From: Actinomycetes bacterium
Lineage (GTDB): Bacteria > Actinomycetota > Acidimicrobiia > Acidimicrobiales > JAMCPL01
DNA length: 64,000 bases
Assembly: GCA_021841005.1 (NCBI GenBank)
Contig: JAKBVZ010000010.1
Span: 6,302-70,301 of the forward strand
Direction: 5' to 3'
In this document: in pieces, positions 40,201 to 48,760 of the stretch
How the letters are laid out: each line of letters starts with the position of its first letter
Position numbering within the stretch: position 1 is the stretch's first letter
The notes under the pieces: generated by a model
Databases searched by the model: none
Seen by the model: the letters and a program-made list of their open reading frames with translations, nothing else
Told to the model about the DNA's origin: nothing
Program-made: the position numbers and the translations under genes

Positions 40201-40770
40201 GGGCGTTGCCCCATTTGCCTGGCCTCCGGGCGTTGCCCCGCCTCCCGTAAGCCCTGAATCTTCAATCATGTCCCGTAAAATGATGACCCGCCTCTGATCG
40301 CCGGCGGCGAAACGGCTCAGCCTCTCGAAAAAGTCGCTATGAGATTCAATGGCATCCAACTCCGCCTCTGCCCTTATGTCACCCTTTGCGACAACCCCGC
40401 CCGCCCTCAAGGCTATAGCGGGCATCTCGACATTGTTCTGCTGCGCCCCATCATCCACGCGACGTAGATCACCGACCGCTTCTGGATGGGATGGCTGATA
40501 TTGCGACCGCAGTTTGCCTGGCGCACTCCCTGGGGAGCTGCATGCAGTATCAAAGAGTGCCCCCGCTATCAGAAGTATTCCTCCACCTACCCACTCATCA
40601 AGCTGCCGGCCCAGTAATCCTACGGCGCGGAGCGACTCTTCCGTCGTTTCCCTGGAAAGTAGCAGATTGGATACGACCATCACCCTGTCGCCGGTACGTA
40701 CCTCGACATTATTAGCTGCAATATTACGGGCACCGTGAAGCACCCTGGTCGAATCATCCACCAAGACCAA
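37291..40770 (-). CDS. MprF-like aminoacyl-phosphatidylglycerol synthase/flippase with an extra N-terminal domain
   Basis: C-terminal DUF2156/LPG-synthase-like domain (GGTLDFFALRDDK...), a central polytopic region and an unrelated N-terminal domain of about 300 aa. The start is uncertain (TTG 40770). Confidence 0.7.
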   Translation of the reverse strand: MVLVDDSTRVLHGARNIAANNVEVRTGDRVMVVSNLLLSRETTEESLRAVGLLGRQLDEWVGGGILLIAGALFDTACSSPGSAPGKLRSQYQPSHPEAVGDLRRVDDGAQQNNVEMPAIALRAGGVVAKGDIRAEAELDAIESHSDFFERLSRFAAGDQRRVIILRDMIEDSGLTGGGATPGGQANGATPGVAGRQERAGGHESYEGGPVAERLRSMGLEVMPVADLIFHTANGDRVVHVEAGSAALSSMMEKRPGESDPDLRHGKLDKGVSRLSDLTATKRFVLSRLVYRRLSKYAWVLLLPILIVVALKIPVVVVLLSHALRSHPAPRKVVMNVYRFQWGVRLATAIGGLLVEVALFAVAVLWLTHKVWKATVAANGDTDGSGLAGRSAGLLPSTGIINDPIRSYARWVLADGYEGFITGASLEPELSYQGAVRDESASTSQGERFFACSGSVSTVTHEYPAHFGLPSIFVDAAQASWIELEGGAELRVRLFVGREPVRSPYWLERILQRHYGCEPARHPELAATWSSGMAGQPGMAGQPGMTWPRGEQAMEALRSHRSAARVRRVAAVAIGIAGLTDFISGVVPPLRERMHIVLQVLPLVAAQAAGALIVLTGLSLLALARGIRRGQKNAYRIAVMVLAASLAFHLIRGGSLVAMLLTAAALVFLVLNRSYFRASMDLAYIQNTLLWILGGCLSVVVVATAVVVYAPRVDSDGSRNGLSIVTAFEAVAARLVGVHEITLPHRLDSFLSPALLATGFVLVAVLTWVITRPVLSGGVHLLHRDPEMDAIRARNIVERYGGGTLDFFALRDDKTWFFFRNSVIAYGVISGVCVVSPDPIGPYSERELAWQAFKQMADRQGWVIAIIGASEEWLPIYQHSGMRYMYIGDEGIVDVQQFSLKGNSMKGLRQAYNRVQNKGYSAALFELSGGEFVTKSGAGEEPGEKGAAVRCTTFLDEIQPLLEAARRGNVERGFSMMLGRICDARDEGTLICVVRDPGGKIAALCHFVPAPAVNGFSLDLMRWDKEGGHPNGLIDFALCFTIFHLAKMGKEKLSLNFAAMRAVFDRERGSGATQRFQHWAYKRMSNVMQMESLLKFNAKYRPEWYPRYVVFDSPEYALPIGLACFRAEALVDFPVVGKLISVANRSATDRSAQRPSRQNG
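39141..39180. repeat. 18-bp in-frame tandem repeat (x2.2) in the mprF-like gene (GMAGQP x2)
   Basis: TCCCCGGTTGCCCCGCCA at 39141-39158 and 39159-39176. Confidence 0.9.
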
Positions 40771-40986
40771 CTATACCGCATCCAATCACCGTCTCCAAGC
40801 ACCTTGAATGCAGGCATGAGTGGAAACGACCGTTGCTGATTTCCTCCCGTTCCCCGTAATCTCACCTGCCGAGCATGAGTGGAAACGACCATCCTCTGGA
40901 ATGGGTCTCCGGTAATTGAACACTATCCAACGAATACGTAAGCAATGTGGAACAGGCTCAGCACAAGTGATGTATCATATAATGCC

Positions 40987-41847
40987 ATGCAAATAAAACG
41001 AGTAGGAATCATAGGTTCGGGTATCATGGGCTCCGGCATTGCGGAATGCGCGGCCAGGAATGGATACGAGGTGGTCGTCAGGTCGCGGTCGCAGTCCACA
41101 GCTGACGCCTTACTGGCAGGGATAGAGAAGTCCCTGGGAAAACAGGTGGAAAAGGGCAAACTTGGCGCCGGCGAGGTGGATGCCATCCTTTCCAGGATGA
41201 CTGCCACATCAGACTTCTCGATACTGGCCGATTGCGATCTCGTCATAGAATCGGTGCTCGAAGACCTGCAGACCAAGAAGCATCTCTTTCTCGAGCTGGA
41301 TCGCATCTGCCCGGACAGTACGATTCTTGCCACCAACACCTCGACCCTGCCGGTGATCGAGTTGGCGATGGAAACGGGCAGGCCGGAAAAAGTTTGCGGT
41401 ATCCACTTCTTCAATCCGGCCACGGTAATGAAGCTGGTGGAAATCGTGAGACCGATCACTGTGTCCAGCGATACCATCGAGTCGGCAAAGGAGTTCGCCA
41501 GATCATGCGCCAAAACGCCCGTGGAGGTCCGCGATCAGGCCGGTTTCGTAGTGAATGCGCTGCTATTTCCTTATCTCAACAATGCCATCAGGCTGCTCGA
41601 ACAAGGAGTGGCTTCTCTCGAGGATATAGACACGTCCATGAAGGAAGGATGCGGTTTCCCCATGGGCCCGTTTGCGCTCCTGGATCTGATAGGTCTGGAT
41701 ACCTCACTTTCCATACTGGATGCGCTGTACGAAGAATACAAGGATCCGAACTATGCCGCAGTTCCCCTCTTGCGCAGGATGGTCTCCGCGGAGTTGCTTG
41801 GCAAGAAGTCTGGGAGGGGTTTCTATGACTACCACGATGGAAAGTGA
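40987..41847 (+). CDS. 3-hydroxybutyryl-CoA / 3-hydroxyacyl-CoA dehydrogenase
   Basis: Rossmann motif VGIIGSGIMGSGIA and HFFNPA. ATG 40987 gives MQIKRVGIIG. Confidence 0.9.
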   Translation: MQIKRVGIIGSGIMGSGIAECAARNGYEVVVRSRSQSTADALLAGIEKSLGKQVEKGKLGAGEVDAILSRMTATSDFSILADCDLVIESVLEDLQTKKHLFLELDRICPDSTILATNTSTLPVIELAMETGRPEKVCGIHFFNPATVMKLVEIVRPITVSSDTIESAKEFARSCAKTPVEVRDQAGFVVNALLFPYLNNAIRLLEQGVASLEDIDTSMKEGCGFPMGPFALLDLIGLDTSLSILDALYEEYKDPNYAAVPLLRRMVSAELLGKKSGRGFYDYHDGK

Positions 41848-41934
41848 CCCCAGCAAGCAAACAAACATCCAGCAAGCAACCTGCTCGGCCCCGGCATACG
41901 CACCAGTCGCAGTCGCACAGCGTATGAATTCCAT

Positions 41935-43932
41935 ATGACAAGCTCATTCTCTTGGAGGCTGCCCGAGAAGGACAAACCCTGGGTAATGAGAACCTACTCC
42001 GGGCATTCAAGCGCCGCCGCCTCCAACGAACTCTACCGTTCCAACCTCGCAAAAGGGCAGACGGGCCTTTCCGTGGCCTTTGACCTCCCGACACAGACCG
42101 GCTACGACCCGGATGAACCTGAGGCCAGGGGCGAGGTAGGCAAAGTCGGAGTTCCTGTTGTGCATCTTGGGCATATGCAGCAACTGATGGACTCCATACC
42201 TCTGGACAAGATGAACACATCCATGACCATCAATGCCACCGCACCATGGCTACTCAGCCTCTACATAGTACAAGCAGAGAACTCAGGCGTGGACCGGAGC
42301 CTGCTTACAGGAACCACGCAAAACGATATACTAAAAGAGTACCTGTCCAGAGGCGCATTCATATTCCCGCCGGCGCCGAGCCTGCGCCTTACCGTAGACC
42401 TGATCACCTACTCGGTGAAACACGTACCCAAGTGGAATCCCATGAACATTTGCGGGTACCACCTTCAGGAAGCCGGAGCAACCCCTTCTCAAGAAGTGGC
42501 TTACGCACTTGCCAATGCCATCGACGTGCTCGATGCCGTGAAGAGATCCGGGCAGGTGGATGACGACGACTTCCCTCGCGTCGTGGGTAGGATGTCATTC
42601 TTTGTCAACTCTGGGATAAGATTTGTGGAAGAAACCTGTAAGCTTAAGGCGTTTGCGGCCAATTGGGACAGGATATGCAGCGAACGTTACCACGTCACCG
42701 ATCCCAAGCTGAGACGCTTCCGCTATGGAGTGCAGGTAAACTCTCTTGGCCTCACCGAAGCACAGCCCGAGAACAACATCGCCAGAATCATCCTCGAAAT
42801 GCTGGGCGTAACCCTGTCGCGTTCTACAAGGGCGCGAGCAGTGCAACTCCCTGCATGGAACGAGGCACTGGGCTTGCCACGCAAGTGGGATCAGCAGTGG
42901 TCCTTGAGAATGCAGCAGGTCATGGCGCTGGAGACAGACCTACTTGAATACCCTGACATATTCGAAGGATCAAGAGTCATCGAGTCCGCGGCTGTGCACA
43001 TAGCAGAGGAAGCGTGGGCGGAGATGGAGGAGATCATCGCTCTGGGAGGCGCCTTCTCCGCAGTGGATGAGATGAAAATGCGCCTGGTTGCAAGCCAGCG
43101 CCGGCGGGTAAGCAGGATCGAATCGGGAGAGCTTCCGGTCGTGGGAGTCAACTGCCACCGCGAAACCGAGCCATCGCCCCTTGACAGCCGGGACGGCGCT
43201 GCAAACGTGCTCAAGGTAAATCCAGCCATGGAGAAGGAGTTGAGGGAAGAAGTGGAGAAATGGCGTTCCCGCAGGAACGCAAGAGATGTCACGCGAGCGA
43301 TCGATAGGTTGAAATATGCCTGCCAATCGGGAGAAAATATCATGGAAGCATCCATAGATCTCGCAAGAGCAGGTGGTACGACCGGCGAATGGGCAGGCAC
43401 GCTCCGGGACGTGTTCGGCGACTACAGAGCTCCTACTGGCGTCGGCGGCGCAAAGGTAAACGGCTCTCGTGAGGAACTCCGCACAGCGGCTGGTAAGGTA
43501 CGAGCACTATCCGCAGGCTCAGGATCCGCACCACGCATCCTGGTGGCAAAGCCAGGCCTGGATGGTCACTCCAACGGGTCCGAGCAGATAGCACTGGCCG
43601 CCAGGGATGCTGGCTTCGAGGTCATATATCAGGGGATCCGCACCACACCGGAACAGATAGCATCAGCCGCCAGGGATGAGGATGTCGACCTCGTCGGTAT
43701 ATCAATACTCTCAGGCAGCCACATGGAGCTCATACCGGAGATACTGGACCTGCTGGCCACCTCGGGCGTAAACGCCCCCGTAGTGGCCGGTGGGATCATC
43801 CCACCGGACGATGCCGCCATATTGATGCGTCAAGGTGTACGAGCCATATACACTCCCAAGGATTTCAAGCTTGGCGATATCATAAGCGATATGGCGGACT
43901 TGGTAAAGGAGTACCGTTCCATCCGGGCATAG
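41935..43932 (+). CDS. Fused acyl-CoA mutase (catalytic plus B12-binding domain; MeaA/ethylmalonyl-CoA mutase-like)
   Basis: PWVMRTYSGHSS and GTTQNDILKEYLSRG in the barrel, and a C-terminal B12 domain (KPGLDGHSNG); 665 aa. Confidence 0.75.
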   Translation: MTSSFSWRLPEKDKPWVMRTYSGHSSAAASNELYRSNLAKGQTGLSVAFDLPTQTGYDPDEPEARGEVGKVGVPVVHLGHMQQLMDSIPLDKMNTSMTINATAPWLLSLYIVQAENSGVDRSLLTGTTQNDILKEYLSRGAFIFPPAPSLRLTVDLITYSVKHVPKWNPMNICGYHLQEAGATPSQEVAYALANAIDVLDAVKRSGQVDDDDFPRVVGRMSFFVNSGIRFVEETCKLKAFAANWDRICSERYHVTDPKLRRFRYGVQVNSLGLTEAQPENNIARIILEMLGVTLSRSTRARAVQLPAWNEALGLPRKWDQQWSLRMQQVMALETDLLEYPDIFEGSRVIESAAVHIAEEAWAEMEEIIALGGAFSAVDEMKMRLVASQRRRVSRIESGELPVVGVNCHRETEPSPLDSRDGAANVLKVNPAMEKELREEVEKWRSRRNARDVTRAIDRLKYACQSGENIMEASIDLARAGGTTGEWAGTLRDVFGDYRAPTGVGGAKVNGSREELRTAAGKVRALSAGSGSAPRILVAKPGLDGHSNGSEQIALAARDAGFEVIYQGIRTTPEQIASAARDEDVDLVGISILSGSHMELIPEILDLLATSGVNAPVVAGGIIPPDDAAILMRQGVRAIYTPKDFKLGDIISDMADLVKEYRSIRA

Positions 43933-43983
43933 CCACCTCAATATTTCAGTGCTACGCGCCGAGTTGCAGTACTGCGTTCCGGA

Positions 43984-44343
43984 TCAGGAGAAGGAGGAGC
44001 CGCAACCGCAGGTGCGTGTCGCATTGGGGTTGACCAGGTGAAATCCTCCCTGGAGACCATCCTCGTATTCCAGTGTCGACCCGATGAGCATCTTCGCACT
44101 CTCAGGATCCACTGCAACCCGTACTCCGTCGAACTCCCTCACTATGTCTGCTTCGTCCAGCTCTGAATCGAAGAACATCTCATAAGAATATCCCGAGCAC
44201 CCGCCAGGAGCCACCGCCACCCTGAGAAAAAGATCACCATCTCCTTCCTGCGCAAGAAGGTCAGCCACCTTGGCGGCAGATTCGCTGGTAAGCTTAACAG
44301 GATCTGGTCGCTTGGCGATCTTTACTGGCGCTTCAACTGTCAT
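43984..44343 (-). CDS. erpA: HesB/IscA-family iron-sulfur cluster insertion protein
   Basis: C-terminal CGCGSSF signature; 119 aa. Confidence 0.9.
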   Translation of the reverse strand: MTVEAPVKIAKRPDPVKLTSESAAKVADLLAQEGDGDLFLRVAVAPGGCSGYSYEMFFDSELDEADIVREFDGVRVAVDPESAKMLIGSTLEYEDGLQGGFHLVNPNATRTCGCGSSFS

Positions 44344-44435
44344 ATCTCCATTCCTCCAATCATATTCCCGTCAACCTGCACTTGCATAGCCATCCATCAT
44401 CGTCGGCAAGCCCTTCCAATCATTGTAGCGCATAA

Positions 44436-44846
44436 TCATCGTTTTTGATGTTCAGCCGGGTCACGCCCGGGCCGCCTTGATTGACGGCTCCCCGAAGAGC
44501 GCTGTGGCCATATCATCAAGCCGAGAAGGTCACCTATACTGTGCGGCTGTTCAACGGGATGGCGCAACGGAAGCTCTGGATTGATATCGTAATGGTTCCT
44601 ACGTCCCACGCGAGTCTTTCTCACATAACCAGCCACCACCAGGTCATGTATAATAGCCTGAGCTGAACGTTCGGTAATGCCTACTCTCATTGCAATATCA
44701 CGCCCACGGATACCTGGATCGCTCGCTATGCAAACAAGTACATGCCCATGATTGGACAGGAATGTCCATCCTGCTCCTGCTGGATCTACATCTTGGTCTT
44801 GATCTTGATACGTATTCGCTTTCTCGTATGCGCTATCCGCCCTCAT
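44436..44846 (-). CDS. Winged helix-turn-helix transcriptional regulator
   Basis: HTH segment RDIAMRVGITERSAQAIIHDLVVAGYV; 136 aa. Confidence 0.65.
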   Translation of the reverse strand: MRADSAYEKANTYQDQDQDVDPAGAGWTFLSNHGHVLVCIASDPGIRGRDIAMRVGITERSAQAIIHDLVVAGYVRKTRVGRRNHYDINPELPLRHPVEQPHSIGDLLGLMIWPQRSSGSRQSRRPGRDPAEHQKR

Positions 44847-45238
44847 CGCTATACTGGCTGCTCCTATCTGCTGAATCGTATTTCACGAGGCACAGTACCA
44901 CTATATCCTTTTGTTCGGGTGTTGCCAGATAATACCAGCACCCGCGGTTTTACGCTCCTGGTCTCGGGCGTGCCATCTTCCCGTACCAGTGACACTCCAC
45001 ACTTCCTCACACCTCCCCCCAGCCCTCCACCACACATCACCCCACCCCCCTATAATATGTACTGTGATTCGTAATAATATATTCCATCGTTATGATCGTT
45101 GAAAGTGCCGTCAAGTGCACGAAGTGAAAATCATAGATACACAGCAACGGACGGCACTCAACAGTGCCCAACTACCGGCCAGCCGGTCCATTATCCAGTG
45201 TAACACGATATCATTCAACCGCAGGAAAAGATACTGCC

Positions 45239-46387
45239 ATGGATAAGGACAAACGCCATCGACCTCGCGTAGGGATGGTTGGAGCCGGGCAACTCGCGCG
45301 TATGACATACCAGGCAGCGGTGAGCCTTGACGTAGAGATGTCTGTACTGAGCAATTCTGCCAATGCACCGGCAGTACTGGCCGGAGCCCCTCGTGTCCCC
45401 GGAGCCGCCACTTCGATTGCAGCACTACGCCATCTGGCCGGCAGATCGGACGTAGTCACATTTGACCACGAAGGCGTACCTGCCGGTATCGTCTCAACCT
45501 TAGAACGCGAACGGACACTCGTCAGGCCATCCTCTGAGGCACTTTTACTGGCCCAAGACAAGCTGGCAGGCCGGCACAGGCTGGACCGAGCCGGCTTTCC
45601 CGTGCCACCCTATCGCGAACTGGACATTCACCATCCGGACATGCTTGATGCCCTGGGAGAGAAATGGGGATGGCCGCTGGTTCTCAAGGCACGCACCGGG
45701 GGATATGATGGCCGGGGAGTCGTGATCGTTGACCGCACCGATGCACGGCGGATCCTTGCAGGCGCAGGCCCGGAAACCTGGTTTGCAGAGGCAGCCGTGG
45801 ATATTGCCACAGAAGTTGCCGTGGTAGCTGCCCGCTCGCCGTCTGGAGCATGGGAACCTTATCCATTGGTGGAAACCACGCAGGAAGATGGTATTTGCCG
45901 GGAACTTGTGATGCCGGCACGTGTCCCCGAAGGAATCGCGAAACAAGCCTTGGATATGGCTGAAACGCTGGCAAGCAGGATCGGCGCCACAGGGATAATA
46001 GCCGTTGAGATGTTTGTCACTGGCCAGGGCGGCCTTGTGCTCAATGAGCTGGCGGTACGCCCTCACAATTCCGGGCATGCCACGATAGAAGGCGCTGTCA
46101 CCTCGCAGTTCGAAAACCACTTGCGAGCAATACTGGACTGGCCTTTGGGATCTGCCGCCATGGTCAGCCCTGCTGCCGCCATGGTCAATGTGCTCGGCTC
46201 TCCCGACGGCGCCGATCCACGAGACAATCTGGCAAAGGCGCTCTCCGTCCGGAATGCCCGGGTGCACCTTTACGGGAAGGAGCCGGCACCCGGACGCAAG
46301 CTGGGCCACGTAACCGCTCTCGCTCCCACACACGAAGAAGCACTCTCTACGGCACGTGCCTGCGCATCGCTCCTCAACGGCAATTGA
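45239..46387 (+). CDS. purK: N5-carboxyaminoimidazole ribonucleotide synthase
   Basis: VGMVGAGQLARM N-terminus, ATP-grasp GGYDGRGV. ATG 45239 (the ORF is open from 45164). Confidence 0.9.
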   Translation: MDKDKRHRPRVGMVGAGQLARMTYQAAVSLDVEMSVLSNSANAPAVLAGAPRVPGAATSIAALRHLAGRSDVVTFDHEGVPAGIVSTLERERTLVRPSSEALLLAQDKLAGRHRLDRAGFPVPPYRELDIHHPDMLDALGEKWGWPLVLKARTGGYDGRGVVIVDRTDARRILAGAGPETWFAEAAVDIATEVAVVAARSPSGAWEPYPLVETTQEDGICRELVMPARVPEGIAKQALDMAETLASRIGATGIIAVEMFVTGQGGLVLNELAVRPHNSGHATIEGAVTSQFENHLRAILDWPLGSAAMVSPAAAMVNVLGSPDGADPRDNLAKALSVRNARVHLYGKEPAPGRKLGHVTALAPTHEEALSTARACASLLNGN

Positions 46388-46420
46388 CATACGTACTGTA
46401 ATTCTGTTAATATATTTCGT

Positions 46421-46921
46421 ATGTCAATCTCTTACGCCCTTCCCCTGGAAGAAGAATTACAAGAAGATACAGGTAAATCCCGGCCGGCAACCACGATGCT
46501 GGGCCACCGCCGCCGCACTGTAGGGTTCGACCTGTGGATCGATCAGGCAAGTATGCGACAACTACCTGCACAGGATATACGGCATCTGATCGGCGATACC
46601 CACTTGAGCCTGTCCACTATCTACCGATCCGAACAAGCCACACAAGAACAAGCCACACAAGACGGAAGCACCACCGATCTGAAACCATGCCGGAAGGCGG
46701 CTCTTCGTAACCACACCGCCGGGTTGGCTTTCCTGGATGGAAGTCCCGCCGATATGCCGATCCGGGCCCGATTCCTGGCACGCGAGGAAGGGGTGCACAT
46801 CACCGATGCCGCCATTGCTGAGATGCTCATAGCTCTGTCCGACCGGCTTCATTGGTCAAAACTGGAAAAGCTCGAGGAAATCGACAACATACCCGCCTAC
46901 GTCCCGTTGCCGGAGTCTTGA
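46421..46921 (+). CDS. Hypothetical protein
   Basis: 166-aa ORF in a gap between purK and icd, with no recognisable motif. It contains a 15-bp x2 in-frame tandem repeat. Confidence 0.45.
   Translation: MSISYALPLEEELQEDTGKSRPATTMLGHRRRTVGFDLWIDQASMRQLPAQDIRHLIGDTHLSLSTIYRSEQATQEQATQDGSTTDLKPCRKAALRNHTAGLAFLDGSPADMPIRARFLAREEGVHITDAAIAEMLIALSDRLHWSKLEKLEEIDNIPAYVPLPES
46631..46660. repeat. 15-bp in-frame tandem duplication (EQATQ x2)
   Basis: GAACAAGCCACACAA occurs twice. Confidence 0.9.
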
Positions 46922-46923
46922 GC

Positions 46924-48441
46924 ATGGACACATCCATTACCTCCCGCACATCCACGCTGCACACCGGCAACCAGCCCCGGCCTGCGCACTCGATAACTGA
47001 CACTGTTGCCACACCCATTACGGTCGCCTACGGAGATGGCATCGGCCCGGAAATCATGGCGGCGACACTGCGCATACTAGAAGCGGCCGGCGCCAACTTA
47101 GATGTGGAGACCATAGAAATCGGCGAGTCGGTCTACCGCCGGGGTGTCACTGCCGGCATAGAACCTTCATCCTGGGACTCCATCCGGCGCACAAAGGTAT
47201 TCTTGAAAGCGCCCATCACCACACCTCAGGGCGGAGGATTCAAAAGCCTGAATGTAACGGTCCGCAAGACCCTTGGCCTGTTTGCAAACGTCCGCCCCTG
47301 CATAGCATACGACCCATTCGTCAGCACCAAACATCCCGGTATGAATGTAGTCATAGTAAGGGAAAACGAAGAGGATCTGTACGGCGGGATCGAGCACCGC
47401 CAGACCGAAGACGTATACCAGTGCCTCAAGCTCATAACGCGGCCGGGCACAGAGAGGCTGGTGCGGTATGCATTCGAGTACGCGCGCCGTTACGGGCGCC
47501 ACAAGCTTACCTGCTTCACCAAGGACAACATCATGAAGATGACCGATGGCTTGTTCCATCGCGTCTTTGACGAAGTGGCGGCAGACTACCCCGATCTCGA
47601 ATCCGAACACTGGATTGTCGACATCGGCGCTGCCAAGTTGGCCGATACGCCGGAAGCCTTCGATATGATAGTCTTGCCAAATCTCTATGGCGACATACTT
47701 TCCGACGTTGCAGCGCAGATAGCAGGCTCCGTCGGCTTGGCTCCGAGTGCCAACATCGGTGAAGAAGTGGCTATGTTCGAGGCCATACATGGTTCAGCTC
47801 CGCGGCGAGCCGGCCAGGATATGGCCAACCCGTCAGGGCTTCTGCTGGCCGCTGTGCAGATGATGGTGCACATAGGCCAGAGCGATGTGGCCGCACGCAT
47901 CCACAATGCATGGCTCCGCACCATTGAAGACGGTGTCCACACGTACGACATCTTCGATCCGCAAGTATCTACTGAAAAAGTCGGTACATCAGGCTTTGCC
48001 GATGCCGTGATCCAACGACTGGGTCAGCTGCCGCAGCAGCTTCCGGCTGCCGGCTATGCAGCCGAAGCCGGCCCCATAAGCATCCAGACACACCCAGGCA
48101 CTCGCGCCACCAAGGAGCAGGTAGGAATAGATGTATTCATAGATTGGATCGCATCCGTGGATGACCTTGCCGCCATCCTGGAGACACAAGCCAAGCCGGA
48201 TTTTCGGCTGCTGATGATCACCAACCGTGGCCAGAAGGTATATCCCGGCGGGTTGCCGGAAACTTTTTGCGTAGACCACTGGCGTTGTCGTTTCGAAGCC
48301 ATCGAAGGCGGTGCGGTCACCACCAAGCAAGTCATTGATCTGCTGGACAGGCTGAACAGTGCGGGGGCACCCTTTATAAAGACTGAAGGGCTATACAGTT
48401 TCGATGGAGTTCCAGGCTACTCATTGGGTCAGGGACAGTAA
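46924..48441 (+). CDS. icd: Isocitrate dehydrogenase (isocitrate/isopropylmalate dehydrogenase family, long form with C-terminal domain)
   Basis: Family motifs NLYGDILSD and IHGSAP. ATG 46924 lies directly after the upstream stop. Confidence 0.8.
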   Translation: MDTSITSRTSTLHTGNQPRPAHSITDTVATPITVAYGDGIGPEIMAATLRILEAAGANLDVETIEIGESVYRRGVTAGIEPSSWDSIRRTKVFLKAPITTPQGGGFKSLNVTVRKTLGLFANVRPCIAYDPFVSTKHPGMNVVIVRENEEDLYGGIEHRQTEDVYQCLKLITRPGTERLVRYAFEYARRYGRHKLTCFTKDNIMKMTDGLFHRVFDEVAADYPDLESEHWIVDIGAAKLADTPEAFDMIVLPNLYGDILSDVAAQIAGSVGLAPSANIGEEVAMFEAIHGSAPRRAGQDMANPSGLLLAAVQMMVHIGQSDVAARIHNAWLRTIEDGVHTYDIFDPQVSTEKVGTSGFADAVIQRLGQLPQQLPAAGYAAEAGPISIQTHPGTRATKEQVGIDVFIDWIASVDDLAAILETQAKPDFRLLMITNRGQKVYPGGLPETFCVDHWRCRFEAIEGGAVTTKQVIDLLDRLNSAGAPFIKTEGLYSFDGVPGYSLGQGQ

Positions 48442-48578
48442 CACATCAGCTGCACTGGCATCCGATGAATGGTGCGGAGAGGATAGCATAAGATTCCTCG
48501 CCGGCCAAGAACCAGCCACCGTTCATAAGATATTTCACCAGTATCAGGCCATGCCGTCAACCAGCAAAATCCATCCAG

Positions 48579-48651
48579 TGGCCAGGACCGGCGTCGATCC
48601 GGTGACCTCACGGTTTTCAGCCGCGCGCTCTGCCAACTGAGCTACCTGGCC
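48579..48651 (-). tRNA. tRNA-Phe (anticodon GAA)
   Basis: Hand-folded cloverleaf: acceptor GGCCAGG/CCTGGCC, D arm GCTC-AGTTGGCA-GAGC, anticodon loop CTGAAAA, T stem ACCGG/CCGGT; 73 nt. Confidence 0.9.
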
Positions 48652-48760
48652 AGGCCATCGTGGTGGGAAACCACTACCGCCCCACCCCCACCATACCATG
48701 ATGGTTGAGCTTCTTCGCTCTCGAGACCTCATAGCTGGCTATGGTATTATACCATCTCCA

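Noticed and set aside
40814-40890. A further member of the repeat-insert-repeat family. GCATGAGTGGAAACGACC is present twice upstream of the mprF-like gene.
   Set aside because: The repeat is only 18 bp, the period is 59 bp and there is no hairpin core. It does not fit the 71-75 bp geometry and is treated as an unrelated local duplication.
44985-45050. 6C RNA. C-runs CCTCCCCCC and CCCCACCCCCC lie upstream of purK.
   Set aside because: There are no complementary arms to place the C-runs in hairpin loops. It is more likely just a C-rich promoter-proximal tract followed by an AT-rich TATAAT region.
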